A stretch of DNA of 64,000 nt from positions 12,090,001 to 12,154,000 of the forward strand of contig NC_087468.1 of the NCBI RefSeq assembly GCF_036321535.1, given 5' to 3'. The position numbers were made by a program, and so were the translations under genes. The notes beneath the pieces are model-generated. The model did not search any database. It saw only the letters and a program-made list of their open reading frames with translations, and was not told where the DNA came from. Every line of letters starts with the position of its first letter. Within the stretch, counting starts at the first letter, position 1. Below, one piece after another: positions 11,632-23,734 of this stretch. This DNA is from Camelus dromedarius (Eukaryota).

Positions 11632-12662
11632 GGGCGAGCTGGGTGTGAATGTGTGCACGTGTGCACGTGTGTGCGTGCACACACAGGCAGGGGTGAGACT
11701 TGCTTGAAGCGTTTCTGAGATGCTGATGCTTCTTAGCAGGGTGAAGGCTCGCAGAGGCCTGGCTGGCTTGTGACGTTCCCAAGCCCGAGGGAGACAGTGT
11801 GTCTGGCCCATGTCTCAGCAGATCACATAGTTACCTTTATGGGGTAATTGCTTTCTGGGCTCAGATAATATGTCGGAGTGAGGAGGAAGAGGAGCCCTGG
11901 AGAGGCTCCCTACACAGCTCACTGGCCTCGTTGGTCTCTTCCAGCGTGGGGTTTCATGGCGAGGCCCACAAGAACTTTCTCCAGTGTTCCAGCACCTTCG
12001 CAGAACTGCCTAATCGGATCCAGTGCCTCTGTGTGGAGTGTAAGCCAGGCTTCCAGAATGACCGTGCCAGGCCCCGTTCCCATCCACTCCATCATTCGGT
12101 TCTGACGTCGCTCTGGGCTCTTTGCACACAGTTCCCATCATCCTGTTCCCTTGCTCATCTCTAGACGTCTGTGTGATTCCAAGATTCCCACTTTCTCCCT
12201 TAACAAAGGTGTCCCTTAAAAATGATTCTAAAACATATTTGATTCAGAAGCCCAGAAAAGACTAATAAAAATGCTTAACTGAAATACACCTCCGTGAGGG
12301 ATTTATCTCCCAGCCCCTTGTAACCAGTGCAGCTGCCATGTAACAACTTTTCCGTTTTTTTGTTTTTTTTTTTTTCTTATTCTTGTCTCTTTCCACGCCC
12401 ATTTCCTCTCCCTGCTCCAGCAAGGGCTTATCTTTCAACTTTGGAAAAGCCACCAATTAAACAGTGCTCCAAAGCTTATCAAAATATTCAGTCAGTCAGA
12501 TTGTCTTATAATTAGCCTGACTGTAAGCCAGGAGTTTTTAAATCCAGGAAACGGGAAGCTACCCGGCATGTGAGATTTGTAAATTGCTCATCCTGACCTT
12601 TCTGGCTGCAGTTTCGGCTTTTATTTCATTCCTCCAAATAATTTCCTCCTTGTCCTTTAAAT

Positions 12663-12731
12663 TCTTTTTTTTTTAAAATTGAAGTACAGTCAATGTGTCA
12701 GTTTCTGGTGTACAGCACAATGTCCCAGTCA

Positions 12732-12790
<59 letters not shown>

Positions 12791-13250
12791 GTTTTCATAT
12801 TTTTTTCCATTAAAGGTTATTATAAGATATTGAGCATAGTTCCTGTGCTATACAAAAGAAACTTAAAAAAAATCTATTTTTATATATAGTGGCTGACATT
12901 TGTAAATCTCAAAACCCAAATTTATCCCTTCCCACCCCCTTTCCCTGGTAACCATAAGATTGTTTTACTATGTCTGTGAGTCTGTTTCTATTTTGTAGAT
13001 GAGTTCANNNNNNNNNNNNNNNNNNNNNNNNNNNNNNNNNNNNNNNNNNNNNNNNNNNNNNNNNNNNNNNNNNNNNNNNNNNNNNNNNNNNNNNNNNNNN
13101 NNNNNNNNNNNNNNNNNNNNNNNNNNNNNNNNNNNNNNNNNNNNNNNNNNNNNNNNNNNNNNNNNNNNNNNNNNNNNNNNNNNNAGCTTCTTTATCCAGT
13201 CATCCGTTGATGGACATTTAGGTTGCTTCCATGTCTTGGCTGTTGTAAAT
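12663..13250 (-). mobile_element. Cetartiodactyl/camelid L1 3' end containing (AT)27 (12735-12788) and an N gap
   Basis: Poly-T, then aattgaagtacagtc...gtttctggtgtacagc...ccctggtaaccataag...ttgatggacatttaggttgcttcc. Confidence 0.85.
13008..13184. other. Assembly gap (177 N)
   Basis: N run. Confidence 1.
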
Positions 13251-13925
13251 TCTCGATTGGCCCGGAGGCATCGTCCTCTTCTGTTTGCTGACGTCTCAAA
13301 TATACTCCTGGCTTAGCTGAGCTAGACCACTGAATTAATTCAGGTGGAGGGGATGCGAAATCAACTTGTTGTATATTTCCTGCCTTCCCTTTTAGACAAG
13401 CTTTTCGTAAAATTAAGCCTCTTCTCACCATTATTGGTTCCACACTCTGGGCCCCTGCAGTGGTGACACCCAGCAGAGCGACTCTGGAGCTGAGCTCTTC
13501 ACACAGCAGCTGGGGGATTCTGCAATCTTGAGCAGGACAGAGGCATCGGACTTCCTTGGCGCAAAGATTTTACTTCTCCTAACTCTCCCTCCTGTTGGCT
13601 CTTCCCCACCCCTTCCACTGTCCCTCTGCCCCGGGACCCGCCTGTCATCTTGCAGAGTGCTGCATAAGTTGCCCCCCACCCCCTCCTCCATGGGAGCCGG
13701 CATCAAGGCAATGGCAGGGATGTGTTTGGGGATGCTAAGGTGCAACTGAGGTAGACTTTCTGCCCAGAAATGATATTATAGGTGATGCTTAGGTTTTTAA
13801 ACTGCCATTGAGATTTTTCAAGCAGTCATGCCATAGTTCAGCTGCAGGTGGATTAACGAGACTTACCCAGGCATGGTTGTGGTTGACCGTTGTTTATTTT
13901 TTAAAGATTACTCTTTTTTAATTTC

Positions 13926-14070
13926 AATTTTTTTGGGGGGGGAGGAAGGAGGTAATTAGGTTTATTTATTCACTTATTATTATTATTATTTTTACTGGAA
14001 GTTCTGGATTTTGAACCCAGGACCTTGTGCGTGCTAGGCATGCACTCTACCACTGAGCTCTGCCCTCCCC
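13926..14070 (-). mobile_element. tRNA-Ala-derived camelid SINE (Vic-1-like)
   Basis: Minus strand reads GGGGAGGGCAGAGCTCAGTGGTAGAGTGCATGCCTAGCACGCACAAGGTCCTGGGTTCAAAATCC (A and B boxes), then an AT-rich tail with aaataaacctaattacctcc. Confidence 0.85.
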
Positions 14071-14862
14071 TCTTGGCTATTGTTTTTTTACATGGTGAAA
14101 TACTTCCAAAGTTCCAAAAATTAAACTTAAAAAAGACTTAAAAAATTAAGTTTTGGAAAGTGACAATATTTTCATCAATGGGGTATTGCCTATAAGCAGT
14201 GGTAGGAATTATTTATCCAGTTTTCCCCACCCATCGGTGCCGCACGTGGGCACACACACGGATATAAACACGTAGACAGACAAGTTGCTTCATCCTTATG
14301 TTACTCCTGTGGGAACATAATTACTCTGCCCATTTTGTAGTTGTGAACAATGAGGCTCCGAGAGTTTAAATAACGTGCTGACTCCGGTACAGTTAGCAGC
14401 TGAACATGGCTAGTCTGACCCTTCTAGAATCCACCCCTGACTGACCCTGAGTGAACCAGCTGAGGCCCACACCATGTGATTCGACCCTAGTTGTCCTTGA
14501 GAGGTTTCCACACCACCCCCGCAGGGCAAAGGGGAGATCGCAGCGCCCCCTCGGGCCCTCCTTGCTGCTCTGCCTGGCAACCGTGGACGCCGTCTCTTTA
14601 TATCTCAGGTGTATCACAAATGAAATTTCCTTGCTGTTCTCGGAGTGCGGCCTGCTGGCCTTGAGCTGATGGGATCAGAGTGAAGTTTTGTGCTGATCTC
14701 CGGAGGGAAGGGAGGCTCTGGCCCAGGCGGTCAGTCCCCTGGCGTGGAGGGGGAGGGACCTGGGCGTGGCGGTGCTCTCCTAATTCGAACCTCAGAATCA
14801 GCCATGCTCTGCGGTCCCGTCTTTTCACGGCTTTGTCTCGGAGCTGAAAGAACCCTGTTTTG

Positions 14863-15323
14863 CTCATGGAAGCAGAAGCAGAACGGTGGTTGCCAGGGGC
14901 TGCAGGGTGGGGGTGCGTGGGAGAGGCTGGTCAAAGGACGCAAACCTCCAGTTATAAGACGTGTAAGTTCTGAGGCTTTAACGTACAGCGTGGTGGCTGT
15001 AGTTAACAATACCTTATTGTACAGTTGAAAGTAAGAGAGCAGACCTTAAGTGTTCTCACTCAAAAAAGAAGTAAAAGGCAACTCTATGAGGTGCTGAATG
15101 TATTCATTAACCTGATAATGTGTGGTAGCCATTCTGCAAGGTGTACGTCCACATGTCAAGTCAGCAGGTTGCACACTTTAGACACATTTCGATTTGTCAG
15201 TTATACCTCCATACAAATGAACATTAAAATTTAAAAAATGTAAACATTTAATTTAACATTAAACATTTTTCTATATTTCAATAAAAATGGGAAGAAACAT
15301 TAAAACATTTTTTAAAAGAAAAA
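14863..15323 (+). mobile_element. 5'-truncated L1 3' end (L1MA9/10-like) with 17-bp TSD
   Basis: gcagaacggtggttgccagggg...aaacctccagttataag...gtcagttatacctc followed by a degraded A tail. TSD GAAAGA[A/G]CCCTGTTTTG at 14846-14862 and 15324-15340. Confidence 0.85.
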
Positions 15324-15606
15324 GAAAGAGCCCTGTTTTGGAAATCTTTCCTGATGAGAGACACCGTCTGTCTAATCTGCAGTGGAATATTGTAGCCTCT
15401 TTAAGACCCCTTCAAAATGTGATTATCCTTGAAGAACCAAGTTGAAATTAAAGGTCTATCGTTAAAATGTGTTACTTACCAAGCGTTAGCGGGAGGGCAT
15501 TTTGAATAAGCGTTTTAAAAAATTGACCGTGTTAAGTCAGTTTTCTTGTGAATTTAGCTTGCTCTTGTTATTTAATGCATATTTCTCTCTCTCCTTCTAA
15601 TTGCAG

Positions 15607-15641
15607 GTTGGGTTGACGATAGCCATTCGCTACAGCCACAG
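15607..15641 (+). CDS. ACOXL: ACOXL internal coding exon (35 nt, phase 0 to phase 2)
   Basis: Pyrimidine tract tttctctctctccttctaattgcag|GTTGGG...CACAG|gtaaag. Translates to VGLTIAIRYSH+AG, matching the acyl-CoA oxidase 'TIAIRYS' motif. Joins in frame to the exon at 63088. Confidence 0.9.
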
Positions 15642-15754
15642 GTAAAGTCACATTTTCTTCTTTTTAGAAGTATCCTTACTACTGTACGGCTGTAGGTTTG
15701 CTTGAGTCTCCAGGTTTCTGACCTTGGCTTTGGAGGCTGCTCTTCTCATGATGT

Positions 15755-16080
15755 TGTTACACAGACCTGAGTCCCATCGAGAGACCAGGCGACACTTGGA
15801 GGGTTGGAGAACTCAGGTTTATTGCCGGCGGGCCCACAGCAGTTAACACTGGACCCCGACTGTAGGTTTACACAGGCTTTTAGGTTTCAACTGAATTCGT
15901 ACCATATGCAAATGAGGTGTTAGAAATGGACGAATCAGGAGTGAGCTTTGGAACCAATGGAATTTTAGGGGTAAGTTTCATTTTCCTAGAAGCAAGCCAT
16001 TTTATAGAAACACAAAAGCAGGAAGGCAGTGGCCCTGCCTGGGAGGTCTTGCTGGTCCCTTTGTGGGCTTTGCCTCTTCA
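15755..16080 (-). mobile_element. ERV1-class solo LTR (326 bp)
   Basis: TG...CA termini and 4-bp TSD ATGT (15751-15754, 16081-16084). Minus-strand AATAAA (tttatt 15818-15823), degenerate TATA (ggcttttagg), CCAAT-like motifs. Confidence 0.85.
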
Positions 16081-16819
16081 ATGTCAGTGTCACAGCAGTT
16101 AGATGAAATTGTTTTCGTTGCTCGACTGGCCAGAGCTAATCACGATTTGGAGGAATAAGATTTTGACATAAAAGCGGCGGCAGGTAGCACATTTCTTTTA
16201 AAACCAAGCCTGTGATGCTCTAGGGCAGAGACACGTAAGTGATTTCTGGTAATGAACTCTGTCCGAGGGTGAGAACCAGGAACCGGGATGTCCTGCGTGA
16301 GAGGCGAAGCCAGGCGAGGGCTTGTTAGTGAAACCCCCTGCCCCCTCCACGCGGGCACCCCCACTCCTGTCTTGGGTCCATCTGAGAATGAACGAAATCC
16401 CTTCTTGTCTCATGCTTTCCACCTTTGTCTCAATTGTATCATGTTTATGAAAAATGTTTGTTTCTTGTACTAGTATTAACCTTTGCCCTGTGCACACATC
16501 AAAATGTATTAAGATGTTGAATTAAGATCCAGCCCCATGGAGGGGCCATAAGCAAAGTGCCCCCTGTCCTGACACAAACCATGCTCACAGCCTCTCTAGA
16601 GTGCCATCCACCCGTGTTGGGCTTCAGCTTACCTTCCTGGGGTACCCACAGAGTGTGGCTTGGGACATCTGGCCAGCGCTCCACAAACAAACCGTAGTTA
16701 CCTGATTTCGAAGTGAGGCTGCCTTCTAAAAATGCTTGGAACAAGTGATACGCCAGGCTTACATTTAAATGTGAATCGGGCAGTGATGTGGGCAGTCCCG
16801 GGGACCTCGGAGGGCAACT

Positions 16820-16960
16820 ATGAACACTTAGAGTAGAGATATCTCTTCCAAACCTTGCTTTCAGTTCTTTTGGGTAGATAGCCACAAACGGAATTGGTGG
16901 ACCAGCTGGCAGTTTTGTTTTTAGGCTCTTGAGGAGTGTGCCACACTGTTTTCCTGTTGA
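16820..16960 (-). mobile_element. Short L1MA-type fragment
   Basis: gatatctcttccaaaccttgctttcagttcttttgggtagatagccac...tttaggctcttgaggag...ccacactgttttcc. Confidence 0.6.
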
Positions 16961-19639
16961 TGCCTTTTTCAGATGGGTTGTTTCTTATGTCTCCATAGTT
17001 CTTCGTCACTTTAAGAGCTCACGCTTGCTACTGAGAGACGGCTTCCAATTCCCTTGTTACGTTTACCCAGAACCCAGATGATGGAATTGAGGGCTTCCTG
17101 GGTCCTTTTTGTGTGGAAAGAGATATTTTTGGAAATAAGGTTTGGGACTTTAGGTTCTAATCACCGGTCTCCAGCCAATGGCGGTGGTGGAGAGAACCCA
17201 GCGGGCTTCTTCTGTAGATGGGCGAGATGAAGGAGGCCAACGTGGTTCCGAGACGCCAATAATGGGAGATACTGAAGAGGAACAGATCGGGGATTCAAAG
17301 GACATCGGTGTGGGAGGAGGGGGAGGAGTCACTAAAATCCTGTAACCCTGTGAGCAGGCAGCCCCTCTCAGGCTGCTGCAGACATGGAGGCAGAGCTGCC
17401 TGCAGCAAGAGGGGCCTTTGTGTGGCAAAAGGGGGCTTAGGGCCTGAAGGGTGCCTGGTTTTGTTGTCATGCATTTGCACTGGTGTTTTCAGCTACCAAA
17501 TCTCCCTCATTACAGTGAAAGGTGCTCAGAGTTAGGAGCACCCTCTCCCCTCACCCCTGCCCCAGCCCCACACTAACTCAGGCACACGCTAACCATCCCC
17601 ACTCCGGCCCCGTCGTGGCGGTTCCGCATCTAACTCCTGCTCCGCCAGTTACTCCAGACCTGTGTGTTTGGCATAGAAGTGCGTGCGTGTGAGCGTGCAT
17701 GCGTGTGCATGTGTGTGTGTGAGTCATGGTGCAGGATAAGGGGCTGAGGAGTCGGGAAGTGGAGAATGACACAGTCATATTTGATGGTATCGTTTCAGGT
17801 GAGGAAGAGCATCCTCCATGACCAGCTGTGCCTTTGACAGCAAACCCCGCGAGCATTTCATGTATTATCATGGCATTTTAATTTATTTTTGTAAAGTCAA
17901 GTCCTTTTCACAGAGTGGAAAATTGCCCCTTGATGTTCATTCCCTACTGTTTGGCTTGAGGTTTTCAGGTGGAATCCACACGGCGGTGACAGCTGGGTAA
18001 CCCCCAGAAGCGCCCTTTGCAGATAACAGCTCTCGGGGCCCCACCACCCACACAGCGGGGGGAAATTGTCCCCGCTGTGTGGGTGTTTTGTTTTTTTCTT
18101 CTTCAACAAGATTGAAAGAGAGTTTAGATGTTCTTCCTGCCTGTCCAGGGCAGCAACCTGAGGAAGCCTGCTCCCTGAGAAGCCCTGGGCCAGGACTCAC
18201 CGGGCCCAGAGCAATGTGCTCACCTCCACCTCTGGTTTCCCTGATGCGATGGAGGGGCCAACAGCATGGGGTTTCTGCACATGGCACTCACAGATCATGT
18301 TTCTAAGAAAAGCTCGTGAGAGCAATGAACCCCCACAGAATTATTTCGTTTTGTTTTTTGCTTTTGTCTGTTGTCCTTTTAAGGAACAAGGAAGGAAAGG
18401 AAGTTTCCATTTGGCTCTGTTATAGTCAAGTGGAGGGCCACAGAGTTTTGACTTTTAGATGAAGACTCAAGGTACATCATTCTCACAACTGACTTCTTCC
18501 TGTCAATTTCTTAGAGACCCTAAGAAGGGCCAAACCTGGCACCGCATTCAGGCCTGTGCTCCAAACCTAATATTGGAGTTGCAGGTACCAGACCCCTAAC
18601 AGGCTTTGAGGTCCCTTGAGGGCTGGCGAGGGGAAGGGAGAGTTGGGGAGCCCGCATGTGATTAGTCCTAGAGAAGTGGGGAGAGTTGACGGCTTGACGG
18701 GCAGCCTGAGCTGGACGAAGGTGGGCGTGGCCTCCCACTGCAGAGGCAACCCCCCTGGTTAAAGGTCATTCCATGTCTGCCTTCGGGGTATTCGTTCTGA
18801 ATGAGCCCAGAGGGCCTAGCAGGACGTGCAGGGGTCCTGTGCTTCTGCATTCTGATTTAGATTAGAAGCAGAGTTTGAAGTTCCTAGATGAATCAAAACG
18901 GACAGGCTGCATCAATGAGCAAATGAAATTGTCATCTTGAAACCCAGAGGGAAGAAAAGACAAGAAACAGGACCGTCAGGCCCACTGGACGTTGGTTTCA
19001 AACACTTAGCGACTCTTATTTGGGGCTGGTTTGATCTTGTGGAGACAGCTGGGGGAGATTGTTGTTCTCCAAATTTAGTAAAAATAAACAAAGATGCCTT
19101 TCTGGCCTTTTTTCCCCTTCCAGAGAAGAGTTGTTTCTGTCGCTGAAGCTCTCTGGCCAACCGTTCCTTCTGTCTGTTTTTCAGACTTCATGGTGAGGCC
19201 CCGACCTGGTTTATACACAGGGTTGCCAAGAAATTTATTCAATTCCAATGGTATAATCTTAAAAGCAAAGCCATCTTTTGGAAGGTTGCATTTTCTTTTA
19301 TATAACCTAAACACAAAAGATTGTCCCCGGAGAGTAGAATATGAATATTCACACGGTGTCTGAGTTAAGGTGATGAGGTACTTGGGGGCCGGGATTGTAC
19401 AGCTGAGCTGGGCGATGTGCCTGGTGAGCGGGAGATGCTTCTCGGGGTCCAGGGGAGTAAGGAGTAGATGGACGTGCCTTCCTGTGCCTCTCCATCCCCT
19501 TTTAACCCCTTGTCTAGTATCAAGTCAGTGGCTTTGTCCTCTTGGGAACTTCTGGTCCCAGCTCTTGGCCGTTTTCCCAGTCAAATCTGCTCATTGCATA
19601 TCTGTTGCCACCTTCACAGGGTGGCCTCCAAGTGAATCT

Positions 19640-20030
19640 TTTGCATGCACCAAGGGGGTCTTTCTCCAAAGCAGATCTGATCATGCCCCTCCCACTCAGG
19701 AGCTCACATGGGCTTCTGCACCCAGAGAACAGAATTCTGATCCTTAGCAGGGGCTCCAGACCTCACCCCCCACTTCTGTCTCCTCCCACTTTACAGCCCT
19801 GCGCTTCCTTCCTAGAGGAATCCTCGCTCTTTTTCCTTTGAAGAATTAACTCCCCTCCTTTCTCCTGCATTAGCGAACTCCTGCTCACCCTCCAATGGCC
19901 CCTGAGATGTCACCTCTTTTTCAGTGCTTCATCAAGGAATGATTTCCTTTCTGTTGTACGTCTCAGGGCTACTTCTCAGGTCAGACCCCAAACACGATGT
20001 CTTTTTCTTTGTGTCTCAGGTAGCAGGTTG
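19640..20030. mobile_element. L2 fragment
   Basis: gggtctttctccaaagcagatctgatcatgcccctccc and related L2 3' region text; highly diverged. Confidence 0.5.
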
Positions 20031-20229
20031 GACAGGCCAACTGCCTTCCTGTCATTCCGACACGTGCTCCTCTGCATCAGAACACGTGACCCTCACAACC
20101 CAGCCCATAAAGCCAAGGCCATTTGGCAAAGCTATTCCGTGTGAGTGGGTCTGGGAGGAACTGGTTAGTCTTTCTGTGATAATAATCTCTGAAAGATAAC
20201 CACTCTTATACTTTCAAAGAGAAAAGGCA

Positions 20230-21770
20230 CCCAACTCAAATTGATCTGGAGATTCAACGCAACCCAAATGAAAATGCAGAAACATAAATGTGTACTGATA
20301 CGATAATTCAAAAAATGACAAGCTAATTCAAAAATTTATATGTAAAGGGAAAAGACCTAGAATAGCCAAAGCAATTTTGAAGAAGAACAGAGTTGGGAGC
20401 CTTGTATGTCCCGACTTCAGGACTTACTGTAAAGCTACAGTAATGAAGAGAGTGTGACGCTGGTGAAAGATAGACATACAGGTCAGTGGAACAAAAGAGC
20501 ATCTCCAGTGAGACCCACACATACGTGATCAGCTGATTTTCCGCAAAAGAGCCAAGATAACTCAACAGAGAAAGGATGATCATACTGCAAACCCTCAACC
20601 CGTCTCTTACAACATGTATAACAACGAACAAAACTGGATCATGGGCCTAAACTAAAAGCAAAACATTGAAACTTTATGGAAGAAAACATAACAGTGCATC
20701 TCTGTGACCTTGGGCCAAAGATTGCTTCGGACCCAAAAAGGATGAACTATAAAAGTAGGTAAAATGGATTTTATCAAAATGGAAAACACCTGTTCTTTGA
20801 AAAAAGCCACTGCTAAGAAACTAAAAGACAAACAACAAACCAGAAGAAAATACTTTCAAAACACTTATCTGATAAAGGACTTGTATCCAGAATGTGTGTG
20901 GAACTCTCACAACCCTTAAGTAAGAAAGCAGTTTGATAAATGGGCAGAAATTCTTGAACTGATGCTTGACTGAAGAGATACAGATGGCAAATCAGCACAG
21001 GAAGAGATGCTCAACATTGTCAGTCATTAAGGAAATGCAGATTAAGACCACGACGAACTACCATGTGTCAGGATGGCGTTAAAAAAGTAGCACCAACAAT
21101 AAAACACAAAACTGGACGTCTCTGTCCAGTACGAAGGTGCTGACGAGGATACAGGGTATCTGGAACTCTTATCCATTGCTGGTGGGAAGACAAAACGGCG
21201 CGGCTAATTTGGAAAACACTTTGGTAGTTTCTTGCAATGTTAAACCGTACATTACTGTGCGACCCAGTGACTCCCAGGTACTCTAGACACGAGGGAAATG
21301 GACACATTCGCCCACACCGAGACTTGTATGCAGATAGCCATTGCGGCTCTTTTCACAACAGCCCCAAACGCAAAACAACCTTAACTGTCCTTCCGCTGGG
21401 AAGTCGGATAAACAAACTTCCACGTGCAACATTTCACTGGCACATCCACGCAATGAAATCCTACTCAGCAATGAAAAGGCGTTACGCTGAGTGAAAGAAA
21501 TCAAGACCCCAGAGGGCACATATGGTATGATGCCCTGTGTATGACGGTGTGGAAAAGGGAGAACTACCAAGGAAGAAAGCAGGTCCGTGGTTGCTCGGGC
21601 TGAGGGCGGGGTTGACTGGAAAGCGGCATGAAGGATTCTGGGGGAGGTGATAGACGCATTCTGCATCTTGGTGGTGGTTGCAGGACTGGGTATGTTTGTC
21701 AAAGCTCACAGAACTCTAACTCCAAGGATGGGTGAATTTCACTGCAGTGGAGTTACAGTGAACTTGAACT
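20230..21770 (+). mobile_element. Old L1M (ORF2 3' part plus 3'UTR), non-coding
   Basis: gacctagaatagccaaagcaattttgaagaagaacagagttgg; acttactgtaaagctacagtaatgaag; aaacacttatctgataaaggacttgtatccagaat; 3'UTR gtttgtcaaagctcacagaact. Confidence 0.85.
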
Positions 21771-23554
21771 GGAGTGAGCAAGGTTGGGGAGAGCCCGGGC
21801 CACTTCTTGCACTGAGACCACTGTGTCTGGGGCCATGAGGGCAGTCCTGTGTCCAGGTGCTTCTGGGTACAGTCTCAGGGCTTCTGCACATGGAATTAGC
21901 CTGTGATTTGTGTGCCCAGGATGAGGCATCGATTCCCTAGTTTCGCTCACCCCGTCATTATCAGAGAAGGCCGTTTACACAGGTAACTGCACGCAGTCTA
22001 TCTGGCTGGTTAGCTTCACATGAGCCTGTTCACGGGTGCTGTCAGGACTTTGTCAGCCACGGACTTTTCAGATGGGTGCAGGAGTGAGGCCGCCTCGGGG
22101 TGGGGCGGTTCAGCTGGAGGCAGTAGGATTTGACTTTACTCTACCCACAAGGCTGCTGCCAGGGCGGGGAGGGCTCGAGGGGCTGCCGAGGTCTGCCTGC
22201 GCCGGCTATCCAGTCTGGGGTCGCCCCGAGCCCGTAGAGGGCGCTGGGATGACATGCCGGGCTGGGCTGGCTCCCCTCCCAGTGGAGGCCCCCGTGCAGG
22301 TGCCTGAGGTCACGTTCCAGAGGCGCTGCTCATCTCATCCATCTGGAAAACTCATTGGCCGCTGGCCTCTCCCCGGAGACCCGGGGAATGGGGTGCAGCT
22401 GCTCCAGCTCTCACCAGTGAGAAAGTGGTTAGAAAGCAGCTCTGTGTTCCACCCCGGCTGCCCAGGCGTGAGAGGCAGATGTCACCCCAGCTCCCACTTA
22501 GTTGATTGTCCCTGGGTATTGAGCAGGGGGCAGGGCACCAGGCACCCAGTGAGCAAGGCTCCTTGAGCACAGAGAAATGAGCCTGGACAAAGACCATCGG
22601 CGCCCCTCATGGTGCTGAGAGGAGCAGCCCCTCTGCCAGCTCAGGACCACTGCCCAGGGCAGTGCTTATGACAGCCTCGCCTCACGAGGGGACGTGCGGG
22701 TCCCCTGTGTATTCCCTTGACAGGTGCCGTATCGCCCCGGTCCAGCGGGTCACATGGCATCGAGTGTGCATCACCCATTTTTGGGGAGGAGAGTTTACCA
22801 AGGCCCGGCTTGTGTTTCCATTAAGTGGGAGAGGACAGAGGGCTTCTCTGTTCAGGCTGATGTGTTGCAGGAGTTGGAGGGGGGTCTGGTCCGCTGAAGG
22901 CTTTTGTTTGGCTTTACCCACAAGCTCGGCTTTAAGTTCTACACTCCCTCATCCTGAAGGGTGTTTCCCAAGTTTTAATGTACAGTGAACTTGGCAAGAT
23001 CCTGAGGCTAATACGCTAGCCACAGAAAGTTCTAGAATTTTCTCCTTCTAGTCACCCAGGTGCCTTGGGTGACTTTGGCTTATGAATGACATTTTGGCCT
23101 CTTATGTGGCTCCAACTACCTATACTCAAGAACATGCTGCAGACTCTAAATTCCACAGCTTTTTTTTTTGTTTGTTTTCCTGAGGTATCTTATCACTTAG
23201 CCTTTGCTTCCTGCTGAGGTTGGTAGAGTTCCAAGTGCCATGGAGAGAAGTCAATATGCAAATTTACCCTCGCTGGTCTTTTGTGAGGTAGACCGACTGC
23301 TGGTCATGGTGGCTCGCTCTGTTGTACGAGACTGTCTCCATCTCCTTCGAGTCCACGGCGGGTGGAGGTGGTGAGGGGGTGCTTAGAGGCACAGAAGGAG
23401 TCTGTGCTCTTGTGTCCTCATGTGGAGGTGGCCTCTGCTGTCCACAGCGTCCCTCCTCCAGAGAGCAAGTTGCTCCCTCATCCCTGTTCCCATCGGCGGT
23501 GGCCTTGTACGTGGCTGGACATCTTGTGGTTATTTAACTATTCACGCCCCGGAC

Positions 23555-23734
23555 CAGTGGTTCTAAACTGGGGTGATTTTGCCTCTCAGGGACATCTGGT
23601 GACATTTTTGGTTGTCCTAACGTGGGTGGAGGCCAAGGGTGCTGCTGACCATCCTACAATGCGCCAGACAGCCCCCTCACTGCAAAGAACTCTCTGGCCC
23701 CAAATGTGAATAGTCGCAAAGCAGAAAAACCCTG
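23555..23734. mobile_element. MER20 (hAT-Charlie) with 8-bp TSD
   Basis: cagtggttctaaactggggtgattttgcctctcagggacat...ggccccaaatgtgaatagt...aaaccctg, flanked by CCC[C/T]GGAC (23547-23554, 23735-23742). Confidence 0.85.

Noticed and set aside
11177-11707. Cys/His/Val-rich repetitive ORFs that look like metal-binding proteins
   Set aside because: Direct translation of the TG/CA-rich 97-bp VNTR; all six frames are open for the same reason.
14101-14160. Small imperfect hairpin ttccaaaa...ttttggaa
   Set aside because: AT-rich, only an 8-bp stem; expected by chance.
1-15606. Search for the preceding ACOXL exon (expected to encode roughly FGSV.PDG.Y...AM.AMK)
   Set aside because: No matching sequence found by eye; it presumably lies upstream of the window.
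17178-17345. 55-aa acidic/Gly ORF preceded by CCAAT
   Set aside because: Short, no family resemblance, probably decayed repeat or unique intron; no supporting splice or poly(A) signals.
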